Below are positions 11,036 to 22,678 of a stretch of 64,000 nt of DNA, one piece after another (position 1 is the first letter of the stretch; each line of letters starts with the position of its first letter). This stretch comes from Lama glama (taxonomy: Eukaryota). Under the pieces are notes generated by a model that was given only the letters and a program-made list of their open reading frames with translations, had not been told where the DNA came from and searched no databases. The DNA lies in assembly GCA_028534125.1 (NCBI GenBank), contig CM052849.1, forward strand, positions 18,786,001-18,850,000, in the 5' to 3' direction. The position numbers and the translations under genes are program-made.

Positions 11036-13732
11036 TGAATTGCCTCTTCTAGGAGGCTGGGTTTGGAATATAAAACTTAGAGTAAGAGAATCAAAAAGCC
11101 CATTCGAATGAATCAAAAGTCTGAATGGTAGGGATCTGTGCATGTTAGATGTGTGTTCTGAACGTGCGTGAAGATTTAACAGTGACGTCCAAGGAGGGGA
11201 CTTGCTGATGCCTTTTTGGGAGAAAGATCAGCAGGACAGCTGGCTTTTGTCGTCATTATTATTACTGTTACTGTCACTTATATGCAAATATCATGCCATT
11301 TTAAAAAGCACTTCCATCTTAATTTAAGTAGCCACATTCCTCTTTACTTCCCGGCTCACCAAACCCTTTCATCTTCTTCGAAAGGTTATGCTGATCCCAG
11401 GTTCAGTTAATTGCGTCCCAGACTCTGCATTAAATAATGGAATCCGGGTTAACGGAGCTTTGTTGACGTTGAAGACTAATTACTGACAATGGTGGGCCTG
11501 ACGTTTGGCGTGTAGACCCACAGACGGTTTGCACCGCCTGCAAGGGACTTTGTAAATATTTTTTAAACATTTGGCTGCTCTGGGCTGTAAATAGCCCTTT
11601 TGCTATTATGTTAAAATCTATTTAAATTAATGTTTAATTACACTGGAACTGCCTGCACGATTTAATGTAAAATTAAGCTTGTAATATGTGAGTAAATCTC
11701 TCTAAGATCCTAGCCTTAATCTTACCTCCTCTCTGCTAAGAATTTCAGCACCTAATTCAGAGGGAGGTGGAGGGTGGTCCAGGGGTGTGCTCATCCCTTA
11801 CCTTCACTGGGCATTTTTCTTCACACAGACGAAACTGTGTGCTGTCTGCTGGTCTCCGTAATAGATCAGCATGCCTTTTGTGTGTTGCCTTCTGCCCGAC
11901 TCAGACATTTAGTCAAGAATGGAATCAACATTCTCATCAAAGGCTTTTTATCCTCCATCATCAGTTACCTCTCCCAGCTCTGCTCTTTTTTTTGAGAACC
12001 TGGTGTCAGGTTGTGACTACCTTACCCACCCCCCTTCTTTATCCCAGGATGGGGAGAAGGGGATCTCTGGAAGGTAAGGGAGGGTGAGGCTTCTGCAAAG
12101 CTCCTTCCAGCCACTCAGCTTCTGCCTGGAGGCCCCCCCACCCCCGTCTCCTTAATCACTTACTCATCTGCCTCCTCTTTTGATGGGAATGTGGTCCCCC
12201 CAAGTCTGAGCGACACCCTGGATTAAATTTCCAGAGTTTAAGTGCAATCCCCTCCCATTGCTCAGAAGGTCGCCGTTTGGCTCAAACGGTTGAAATGGGC
12301 CTTTCAGGGAATTTCACCCACTAATTCACGTGGTGCCGAGTGTCACCTCTGAATTTATCTTCAGTAAAAGCTTGTCTGGGTTCAAGGGACAGAGGGAACT
12401 TCCCGGGCTCTGGGGTGGCCTGAGGAGGGAGGGTAAACGCCACCTTCCCTGGTCACCTCGCCGTGTGTCTAACAAATCACTAAGCAGATTTGCTGGAAGC
12501 CCTTCTTTGAGTTTTACAAGGAAGGTAACGTCCTATCTGACAGATCTTCGTCTGTGCTTCAAAAACGACGAAGAACAATCCTTTCCCATTCATGCTCCCC
12601 GCATTCTGGACAGGTGTGAAGTCTGGGAACTTCGGTTTTTCAGGCCCTCTGTGCGCTGGGTACCACTCACCCTCCCATCCCTCCTTCTCATCAAAGCATC
12701 TGGTCCAGATAAGTGTGCGCCATCCAGCTGGGAATTGGAGATGGTTTCTTTCCACTCAGGATTTGGGGATATTAGCCTCTTTTATTTTTCCTGCAGTTTA
12801 ACTATATTCTGGTTTTCTCAGTTGAATTCAAATCATTACGTAAAAATGACTCATTCGCACCGGCCCCATGCCTGGCTCTGCGTCTGGTGTCAGGGACGCG
12901 GGGAGGAGACCCCAGCCCCACCATCCAGGCGAAGAGACGGCCAGGTGGAGAGGGAAGTCCCTCAGACTTGCGGAACCCACCCTGTGTGGGGTTGCCGCTG
13001 GCTTCCCACTTCACTGGCATGGATTTCCCCGAAGCTGTTCTGCATTTCTACTAATTTCTCTTTGGAGGCTCCTCGAGGAAGACTGAATGTTTAATAAATT
13101 ATCCAGCCTTAATGAGACAAGGTGTCCTCAAATCACGGCCGACTGTCAACCACTAGGACTGTTGCCACTGGCTTTTCTTGACCGTTTGTCATGGTTTATA
13201 ATTAATTACAGCTCTTAAAACCCAGGCATCCATTATAGAGATAACACAGAACAGAGCCTTTTGTATTGGATTCTCTGTCTTACTGTGACTTCCCTTCCAC
13301 CAGAAAGCCCCTGCAGTGGGTCTTTGTGTGCAAATCCTATTTATCCTTCTTAGGGCTTGCAAGCCACCTTTCCCTTCAGCATTGGGGGGGAAAAGTTTAT
13401 TTCTTGATGATTGCCTATTGTTTCAACACAAAAGGAGACAATCAAGTGAACATTAACCTTGGCTTGGGCAGAACATTAATTATTATTGGGATAAAGGCCA
13501 CAGTGCCTTCAGGTACCATCAGAGAAACAAATGTTTGATTTTCAAGTGCAAAGTTAGGCATGAAAAGTGAGGGGAAGGAAGAAGGTCCCCACCGCTCAGT
13601 CGTGGCGCTGGAGTAGGGCCAGTTCTGGGCGATGTCTTCCTTCAGGTGTTCTGCTGTGGACAGAGTAAGAGCCTGGCGCTCCTTTGTTATGAACTGTAGT
13701 TTCTGTTTTATTTGTTTGTGTTTTGGTCTTGT

Positions 13733-13860
13733 TGTTGTTGGGGCAAAGAATAGTGACTTTCGTCGGAAAGCCGATAGACCAGGAAGAGGGTGGACCAGTG
13801 TCCCAAAGACCCATCTCCCCCGAGTTGGAATTCAGCCCTCTTCTAGACTGAAAGGGAGCT
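13733..13860 (-). mobile_element. ERV1 LTR fragment (same family as 47953-48358)
   Basis: Reverse complement ctgaattccaactcgggggagatgggtctttgg...ggctttccgacgaaagtcactattctttgccccaaca aligns with 48225-48325. Confidence 0.8.
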
Positions 13861-14041
13861 GAACTGTAGTTCTGAAACACTGGCGAACTTTCAGGAAGGT
13901 GTTTGCTCTGGAAAAGTCACTGTTTTTGATCCTCAAAGGGAATCACCAAGACTCCTAAGTTGAAAAGCAAGCAAACAAACAAAAAAACCAGAATTGACTT
14001 GAGTAAATGTAGTTCTCACTGCCACAAAGATGAAAATCTGT

Positions 14042-14148
14042 GGGAACGGGGTAGCTCAGTGGTAGAGCATGTGCTTAGCATGCACGAGGTCCTGGGTTCG
14101 ATCCTCAGTGCAGCCTTAAAAAAATTAAATAAATCTAATTACCTCCCC
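14042..14148 (+). mobile_element. tRNA-derived SINE (Vic-1-like, long-tail form)
   Basis: A-box tagctcagtggtagagc, B-box gggttcgatcc, then A-rich linker and aaatctaattacctcccc; truncated by a gap. Confidence 0.9.
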
Positions 14149-14648
14149 NNNNNNNNNNNNNNNNNNNNNNNNNNNNNNNNNNNNNNNNNNNNNNNNNNNN
14201 NNNNNNNNNNNNNNNNNNNNNNNNNNNNNNNNNNNNNNNNNNNNNNNNNNNNNNNNNNNNNNNNNNNNNNNNNNNNNNNNNNNNNNNNNNNNNNNNNNNN
14301 NNNNNNNNNNNNNNNNNNNNNNNNNNNNNNNNNNNNNNNNNNNNNNNNNNNNNNNNNNNNNNNNNNNNNNNNNNNNNNNNNNNNNNNNNNNNNNNNNNNN
14401 NNNNNNNNNNNNNNNNNNNNNNNNNNNNNNNNNNNNNNNNNNNNNNNNNNNNNNNNNNNNNNNNNNNNNNNNNNNNNNNNNNNNNNNNNNNNNNNNNNNN
14501 NNNNNNNNNNNNNNNNNNNNNNNNNNNNNNNNNNNNNNNNNNNNNNNNNNNNNNNNNNNNNNNNNNNNNNNNNNNNNNNNNNNNNNNNNNNNNNNNNNNN
14601 NNNNNNNNNNNNNNNNNNNNNNNNNNNNNNNNNNNNNNNNNNNNNNNN
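14149..14648. other. Assembly gap (500 N); other gaps at 6875-7006, 34075-34574, 40197-40368, 50814-51313, 56544-56643, 57731-57914
   Basis: Runs of N read directly. Confidence 0.99.
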
Positions 14649-15529
14649 TACTGACTGGTGAAAGCTCTCAACTGCTAGCAGCACATTTGGTTTCAGACAT
14701 CACCATGTGGACTGAAGCCAGAGGGAAGACAAAACAAACAAAACAAAACGAATCGGTCAGCCCTCTCCAGAACCGCCAGCCTCAGAGACCTCTGATTCAA
14801 ATAATGCTTCACCTGCACCGTCACTTAGTCACTCAACAAACGGACATGGGTTAAGTGCAGAAGGTGTGGCAGGTGGACGTGGGCCACAGGAGGAGAGAAG
14901 GGGAGTTCATCTGTGTTATGTGCATCTGCTGGGGAATGTTCTGGGACGGAGAGGGCAATGCAGGGGGCTGACATCACCAAAAATGGAGACAGGCATGGGA
15001 GTGAGGAGGTCGGGGTGCTGACAACCCAATCTCACTTTGCGGGGTCAGGGAGGGTCTGTCAGACAGCGTTTTGCTTGTTTTTCAGCGGAGGGTGGGGCGA
15101 TGCAGAAGGAGGAGGCGATTTACACGGAAGCCCCTGAATATGAAGTGGGGAGCGTCTCTGTCGCTGGGGAGCCACACAAGACACAGTGGGGCGAGGGCAG
15201 GAAGATCAGCCTGGAGAGCGGCCCCCGCCCCTTCTCCCTTCACCCCCACGCAGCCCAGAACGGGGGTTCGAACACCTGCTCTGTTCAGTTCTCTCTCTCA
15301 GTTAAAATCGCCCAGTTACACGTTACTCATACGACTCTGAGAAAGCACCCCCGGCTCGGGAAAGAGTCTAAACAGAATCCCAGAGCGGGTGCCCCCTGCT
15401 GGGAGCGGGTGCCGCTGTCCAAGGAACTCCATCCGGCCGAGCCGAGGCCCCCTTGGCCAGCTGACATCTGTGAGTGACCCTTCCCTCTTTCAAAATCCAG
15501 GCGAAGAGCCAAGGCTCTGGTCTTGCCCT

Positions 15530-16009
15530 CTTGTTTTGTTTGTTTGTTTAATTGGAGTACAGTTGATTTATTGCCTTTTTTTTAATTGAAGTCTAGTCAG
15601 TTTACAATGTTGCGTCAGTCTCTGGTGCACAGCGTAGCAGTTCAGTCATACGTGCACGTGCATATATTTGTCTTCCTATTCTTTTTCATTATAGGTTATT
15701 ACCAGATATTGAATAGAGTTCCCTGTGCTGCACAGTAGAACCTTGTTTTACACATATTTTATATGTAGCGGCTAGTATCTGCAAATCCTGAACTTCCAGT
15801 TCATCCCTTCCCACCTCACCCACCATGTAACCGTAAGTTTGCTTTTAAGGTCTGTGAGTCTGTCTCTGTTTTGTAAATGAGTTCATTTGTGTCTTTTTTT
15901 TTTTTTTTTGGATTCCACACATAAGTGATCTCATATGGTATTTTTCTTTCTCTTTCCGGCTTGCTTCACTTAGAATGAAGATCTCCAGGTCCATCCATGT
16001 TGCTGCAAA
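15530..16009 (-). mobile_element. L1 3' end preceded by a second short L1 3' tip
   Basis: tttaattggagtacagttgattta (15547-15570), then tttaattgaagtctagtcagtttacaatg...ccatccatgttgctgcaaa. Confidence 0.9.
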
Positions 16010-16069
16010 TTGTTCCCTTCTTTCTTTTTTGGCGGGGAGGACTTGGCTTTCATATTTATTAGGTTTCTT

Positions 16070-16164
16070 TCGTTTTTTTTTTTTTAGTGGAGGCACTGGG
16101 GATTGAACCCAGGTCCTTGTGCATCCTAAGTAGGTGCTTTATCTCTGAGCTACAACCTCCCCCC
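16070..16164 (-). mobile_element. tRNA-derived SINE (Vic-1-like, short form)
   Basis: T tail + tggaggcactggggattgaacccaggtcc...ctgagctacaacctcccccc. Confidence 0.9.
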
Positions 16165-16999
16165 GTTGCCTTCTCTCTAACCCACAGTCATTACATGCAT
16201 TTTCCCCCCACGCTCATCCTCCCTTACAGATTAGTTGCTCAAGAAGAAAAGTGAGCTCATTTGCCACAAAAGGAGTCGGGCTGGAAGCTGCCCTCCCCTC
16301 CCCTCCCCTCTTGGGCGGCCCCGCCGGCCCTGGGTGGGGGCACTGAGCGCGCGGTACCCCGTAGCCCCCGTGACAGTGACCGTCTGGGGGTCTTGGCTGC
16401 GGGGGGTTCTGAGAGGCGATTAGGAAAGAGTCCCCGTTCCCGGCTGCCACATTCAGATGTTTCATCTCAGTTACACGGAGCTCAGGAAAATAAAAGGTCG
16501 TTTCCGTCCAGTTCTCTGGTCTCCCCGCGCTTTGGCGAGTTCCCGCCAGGACAGGGTCACGACCCAGGTCAGTGCACAACGTCCAGGGACGCGGAGGTGG
16601 CTCAAGTTCTTTCTCTGCAGATCTGCCCCCACCCCACCTCAACCGTGGCTCAGAGGCTCACCTTCCTCAGTAGAATTTTTATATCCAAGCCAAGAAAAGA
16701 AATTAAGCTGTTTCGTAGATATTTGATTGTATTTTTCTCTCTCTAAAACAAAACAAGAACAAATGAAGCATTTTGGACGCATGTGTTCCACTCCCTGCAA
16801 GAGCGCCTCATCCCGGGACAGCCCTGTCTCTCCATCACCTTCTAGAAACATGCCCGGGGCTTCCCGCCCGTGGCTCCTTCTCTTTCTTCCTGTCTCAGCA
16901 CGGATGTGATGTCTTTAGGGAGGACCCTTCTCTGCGCCCCCTGGCACCATTGTTCCCTAACACACACTCTGTGTCTGTCCTGCCCAGGGCCCATCCTCG

Positions 17000-17150
17000 C
17001 TGTAAATCTTTGCAACCACCATCTGTTTTATCCACCCTCCTCCTGGGAGACCCGGTGTTCTTTACCTCTGTAGCCCCAAGGTTGAATAAGCATCAGGCAC
17101 CAAAGAGCCTTCACAAGTATCAGCTGAACTCGTGAATGAATAAATAAACT
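17000..17150 (+). mobile_element. L2 3' end
   Basis: ctcctgggagaccc...ctctgtagcccca...aagtatcagctgaactcgtgaatgaataaat terminal (tgaa)n pattern. Confidence 0.55.
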
Positions 17151-17499
17151 CAAAGTTAGATATTAAACATACCTACCAATTTCCACGACCCCTCCCCCAA
17201 GAGATGTATCATCGGCCACCGCTTCCACCAGCTGCCTCACCCCTCTCTATTTCCCGGTAACTTATTGTTCTACTCTTTCTCACTACTGTTCCCAGTTCCC
17301 AAATCCTTGGCTTCTCTGTGTGCAGAACAGTTTATTTTCTTGTTTGCTTCTCTCTTTTTACTGCACACCTTTAGGTCTTCCACCTAAAATGATAAATTAA
17401 GAAGTTTCAACATTTTTTCCCCTAATAGTTGTTCAGTTAGAAAAAAAGTCTCACTATGATCAGAAGAAGGAAAAAAATCCCAGATCAAAAAGAACAATG

Positions 17500-17835
17500 G
17501 GGTGCCTCCACTGTCTTCTGTCTTTCTGGTACACTGACAAAGTCAAGTTTACCTCATGACCTCAAATGGCTGCTAGTGCTCCATTCATCACATCCACATT
17601 CTAGACAGCAAGAAAAGGTGGGAGGCAGGAGAACCATATGGGTTTCACCTCTCACTTGCATCAGCTCCGTTTAGGGAGCATTTTCGGAACTCTCACACAT
17701 AACATTTCTATTATTCAGCACTTAATATTGGGGCACATTTAATTACAAGAGAGGTCGGGCATAGTGTAACCTTGCGTATGACTGAATTTTTGATTCTAAA
17801 GGAGAACGAGAGAATGGATATCTGGTAGGCAGCAT
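17500..17835 (-). mobile_element. MaLR LTR (MLT1J-like)
   Basis: cctcatgacctcaaatggctgctagtgctccattcatcacatccacattctagacagcaag...gagaatggatatctggtaggcagc. Confidence 0.7.
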
Positions 17836-17839
17836 TCTC

Positions 17840-18165
17840 CACCTTCTCCTCTCTGTTTCCTGCACATCAAAGGGCTTTCTTGCCCTGGGATCTCGGCTGG
17901 TATCTGACAATGACACGCACCGCACCGGCAGGGGGTCAGAGGGAGGGAGAAGGGCAAAGGCAAAGTACAATTTCCCCAGCAAGGGCTGCTTCCTTTCCTG
18001 GAGTCCCGGGTCCTGCCCGGTGGCCTCTCAGCACAGCCCTGCCCATCACTCTGCTCCCGTCCCTCCCCTCTGCGTGCCAGAGGTGGCCCTGTCCCACTGT
18101 TACTAATCCCCCGCGTTTCCCTGCACGACACTGTTCAGGCGAGTCTATTAAGTTCTCCCAGCTCA
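17840..18165 (+). mobile_element. ERVL LTR fragment (LTR33-like)
   Basis: ctccaccttctcc...tcttgccctggga...accggcagggggtcagagggagggagaag...ctgttactaatcccc...tctattaagttctc resembles remembered LTR33. Confidence 0.5.
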
Positions 18166-19224
18166 TCCCACGCTATGCATGTCACCTACGTCCCCTCAGA
18201 CCCTGAACGACACAGCAACAGCTTTTAGCCCTGATGTTCTGAGGGGGCTGCCCTCCGCACACAGCCGCGTGTGAGGCACTGCACCTTCTGCGCAGAAATG
18301 AGCCGACGCCAGCACTGTTAGTGACACAGAAATCGCAGGTCAGCCACTGAATGCAGCTGACAAAGCAGGGGCCCCAGCAGTGCCACGAACAACGTGCCTG
18401 CAGCAGGCGGGAATCTCGGACCACGCAGTCCAGTGCTCAGAACACATGTTTATATTGTATAGGTGACTATGTGACTGTTTCACAGCCCTGTTGTGCTGAG
18501 CGGAGCGTGGGGACCCTGATCTCATGTGATGCAAGGTGGGACAGCTCCGTCCGTTCAGCTCTGCCCCGTCTTCACTACCACACCTTGTCTTTGGAAGGCT
18601 GTTGCTGCGTAAGAGGTGGAGACTCCGCCTCCTTGAGGGTGTAGTGTCGGCAAAGATGGCCTGGAATCTTTTGCTCGGGAGATTTGTCTCTTCTTCGATT
18701 GATACACTTATTTATTATGAATATCTGGAGTTCAGGATGATGGTTTGCCTGGAACCCCAGTGCTCTGGTGGATCTAAGAAAAGTCACCGACTTCCAGTTT
18801 CTCCCAGGTGTGCCTTGTTCTAAGTACAAGACTGACCACCAAGTGCTTGACGTGCTGGAGCTGAAGCTAGAAATCCCCTCCCAGTATTTTTTGAAAGAAG
18901 ATCTTAAAATCCGAATTTGTTTTAACCTGAGGTTGATTCTAAGGAGCTGCTACCGTCCCCTGGAAGGAACCCCAGGCCCTTATGCGCAGAGCATGGGTCA
19001 GAGATATCACCTTCAGAAAAGCATCAGGAGTGACCGGTGGTGGCAGGACGCCCCCTTCCACAGTCACCAGGGAGCTCCGCTCCCGCCGAGTGGGGCCAGA
19101 TGAAGCCGCCAGAATCACACCTTTCCGGGGGTGGCTTCCCCGGCGCTCCTGGGGTTACGGTCGGAACTGTGAAGTAGGTCGGATCTGTTCTGTCATCTAA
19201 AAGCTCCTCGCTAGAACGGTTGGC

Positions 19225-19650
19225 CTGCTCCCAGCCATAGGCAATTGGAAACCCTGACTCAGACTCACTTAAACAGGAAGGAAATTGCTTCCTCTCACAT
19301 GAGAGATCGAGATCTGGGGAAGGTTACTGCGAGCTTTGATCCAGCAGCTAAACAAGGTCATGACTGACCAAGGTTCTTCCTGCCCCCCTGCTCTGCTTCT
19401 GTAACCACCCTAATTCCTCTGGTCCTTGCAAGAGGGCTTCTAACGGCAGAACCATACGTTTTGTTTTTTTTTTTCTCTATCACACCTGTGTGTACAGATA
19501 CATAGATGTGCCCAGAAACTCGCCCAGCCACACTCGGTGAATCTTGGCTCCATTCTGTGTGAGTCAACTTAGGCGATGTCACCTGGCCAGTAAGAGCTGC
19601 TAAGGGAATGACAAGCCTTAGGCAAGGAGGGAGCTGAGTCTTGAGCGGGG
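19225..19650 (-). mobile_element. MaLR LTR (MLT1K/L-like)
   Basis: gaaaccctgactcagactcacttaaacaggaaggaaatt...tgatccagcagctaaacaaggtca...aaggttcttcctgccccc. Confidence 0.6.
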
Positions 19651-21933
19651 GCTGGAGTCAGCTCGTAAGCTGTGCTGTGTGGGAGAGGGGAAGGCATGTT
19701 AATGGCATCAGAGCCATGCGAACAGGGGCTCAGAGCTGGAGGGCAGCGTCCACTCCAGATGCAATGCCCTGTCCGCAGAAGGTGCGCAGTGAATGAAGGA
19801 TGCAGGATTGGCCCGGCCTCTCCTCTCACTCTGCAGCATCCCCTCCCCTTCCACGTGCATCCTCCTGCCCTGGGCTGCAGGCTCGGCCGTCCATCATTCA
19901 GGACCGACAGCCAACTCACATTCCCCCGAGGGTTGTCACTGAAGTGATCTCACCGCCCCATCAAGCTGGAGGAAGGCACATTTCAGTGCAGGAGGGGAGG
20001 TGGGACGTGGACGGGTCCCCGGCAGTGCTGCAAACACACCCAGGGCACGACCCTCCGCTCAAACCCCCGTGCCTCGTTGTCTGGGATAAAGGAATTAACG
20101 TGCTTCTGGGATGATGATGATGATGGTCTGTCCTGACTCTGAGACACATTCCAGCCGCACATACCGACCTGACTGTATTTTAGAAGCGTCTGAGTTCTGA
20201 TGATCGCATAAGCACAGCTTTCTGGGACCCGCGGGCCACCCGCAGCAGTGGGGACAGCGCACAGCCTAGTTCATCAGCCCCCAGGACGATGACAAACCAG
20301 CAACAAGCCAGAAACCGACGAGCAAAGCTGACATCCTTCCCCAGTAACGCGCTCTCACGCTGATCGTGCGTATGTGTGTGCGCGCGCGTCTGTGTGCGCA
20401 AGAAGACACGGGCTTTGATCGTCTATTGAGAACTGTCACAGTTTACCCCCTTGTACGCGCTTTGGACACAAGTTCAGTCTGTAGCAACCATACCTTTTAA
20501 ATACCAGTGTTCATGCAAGAGCTCACACTCATGGTCCAGTGGCCAACTATTATTAACACATTACTGAAGCCAGTAGAAAAATCACTTTATGTTATGTGTC
20601 TTCATCATTTGAAAGCAGTATTTCCTCCCCCCCCACCCCTTTTGAACACGGGGAAAAATGGCTCAGAGGTGTTCCTTTTACAATGTGTCACTGTTGTGCG
20701 CCATTTATTTGAAATATCTGTTCCCATCACTAGAGCTTTCTTGGAGTGCTTCTGCGTCCACCTCAAATATTTGCGGCGTTCGGGCTTGAGATGACTGACG
20801 TCCGTTCGCTTTTAATTTCCTCGGGTAATGTTTCAGATGGCACCGTGCATCGTTATGAAGGGTTTAGAGTTAAATTACATAGAGGTACCATGTTGCTTCT
20901 GATTGCCTGCATTTGATGAGGTTATGAAAACGGCAGAAATATGAATTACCATAGCAACAAAAGCATGCATTTCACGGCTTGTTTCATAACCTCGTGCCCG
21001 AAGAAGAGCGTACAGCTCTTGGCGGCTCAGGCAGGCTGCAACGTGACCGCTTAGCTGCTGAGCCGCGCGGGGTCCAGGAACCCGCCAAAGCTGACGGGTG
21101 TCGGGCCCCTGGAACCGTCGGGCTGACTCGCCTGGCCGTTTCTTTTTAACTTTCCATTCATCGGAACGCCCGAGAGCGTGCGCGAGGAAACACGCCTGCC
21201 TGCACACCCACGTGCCTCCCCAGAACGGGCGCTTCCTGAGAGCGGATGCTCTGGTCCGGAAAAGGCACCACCTTAAAAAAGCGTGTCTTGTTCCATTTGT
21301 GAATGTCTCCTTCTCTCCGCACGAAGCAACGGCATCTCTGCCTCCAGAGTAACACGCGTGTATCAAGGGGAGGGGGAGGAAAACTTGAGAAAAGGAAAAA
21401 AACAGTGGATAGAAATATTACCAGCCCCGTAAGTGAAACATATACCTGGATCTAGTCAAGCCACCAGTGCGTCATGGGTCATCTAGCCTTTGATCGTCTG
21501 AGCATGTCATTGGCTTGCTGCTGCCTCTGATGGTACCCCAGAGATAAAAATTACAGGGAGGCACCAGGGTCCTCGTGTGGCATTTCATAAGCCACGTGGC
21601 GTGACGGCTGTCAAGAAAGGAAGTGTGTCTTCGGTGTCCTGTGAGGCGGCAGAGAAGCTTGGGGACGGACAGGTTTGATTCTGATTCTTTTCTTCTGGCT
21701 CTGGAGAGCGTTCCTAGAGTCACCTCTGACTTTGTTCTCTCCACTGGTGACCCTGGATGAGAGTCATGTTACAAAACAGCAGGTGAAGAGGGAATACGTC
21801 TGCCCCAGAAACTATATTGTATCAGCATTTAAACTAAATGAATCTCATATTCTGGTACCTGAGAACCGGACAGGTGAATACTCACAATGTTAGAGGCTCA
21901 GGGCCCCAAAATAGGTAAGCTGTCTTAAATCTT

Positions 21934-22060
21934 GGGGGGTAGGGGGTGGGTAATTAGGTTAATTTATTTATTTACTTACTTAATGGAGGTGCTGGGGATG
22001 GAACCCAGGACCCCGTGCACGCTAAGCAGACAGTCTGTCGCTGAGCTGTACCCTCCCCTC
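21934..22060 (-). mobile_element. tRNA-derived SINE (Vic-1-like, long-tail form) with 17-bp TSD
   Basis: gggtaattaggtt...tggaggtgctggggatggaacccaggacc...ctgagctgtaccctcccct; TSD aagctgtcttaaatctt (21917-21933) / aagctgtcttcagtctt (22061-22077). Confidence 0.92.
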
Positions 22061-22502
22061 AAGCTGTCTTCAGTCTTAATGGCAGGATTTTTAAAAACTC
22101 AAGAAAGATAACCACAGTCTTCATAATCTTTAGAAGAAAAATTATAAAATTACATACTTACACAAAGGTGAGATAGAGCCGGAGCCAGGCAAGCGACCCC
22201 ACGCAGCGACTCTGTACCCCTAACAGGGGAGAGGTTTGTTTTGCTTTTTTTTTTTTTTTCGGCTTTAAAAGATCTCTCTCTCTCTTTTTTTTCCCCAACC
22301 CTTGTGAATCTACCAAGACCCTGCGGCAAGAACTCGGTTGTCTTCTTGGCAGGAAAGGTTTTCCACTTGGCCTTTGAAGTTTCATCTCTCAGAGTTACTT
22401 TTTTTCTCTCCTTTAATATCTACTTGCATGAATTGCATCACAGTCAAGCAGAATCAGAAATCAGGATTGACCAGCAACAGGCGCTCACTGTGAGGCCGAG
22501 GA

Positions 22503-22678
22503 AGGTGGGGTAGCGGTTAAGAACACAGACGCCGGCGTGAGACACGGGCTTAATTCCCTCATCGGTAAATTTGAGACGACTGTAATAGTCATGGTCATAA
22601 TTAAGCTGAGTGGCCAGTGCGAAGCGGTTGGCGCCGTTCCTGGAACTTAATCAGCACTCCGTAAACGGTAGCTATTTT
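22503..22678 (+). mobile_element. MIR SINE (internally deleted)
   Basis: gtagcggttaagaacacagac...ccctcatcggtaaat...cctggaacttaatcagcactccgtaaacggtagctatt. Confidence 0.65.

Noticed and set aside
12330-13094. Longest gap-free ORF (254 aa)
   Set aside because: Non-ATG start, no recognisable domain and no convincing exon structure; consistent with a chance ORF.
14042-14115. tRNA-like sequence with A and B boxes
   Set aside because: Multi-copy, diverged, A-tailed and TSD-flanked in other copies; this is a SINE head, not a tRNA gene.
13960-14684. ORFs of ~180-230 aa spanning N runs (also near 34 kb, 51 kb and 57.7 kb)
   Set aside because: Artefacts of translating assembly gaps.
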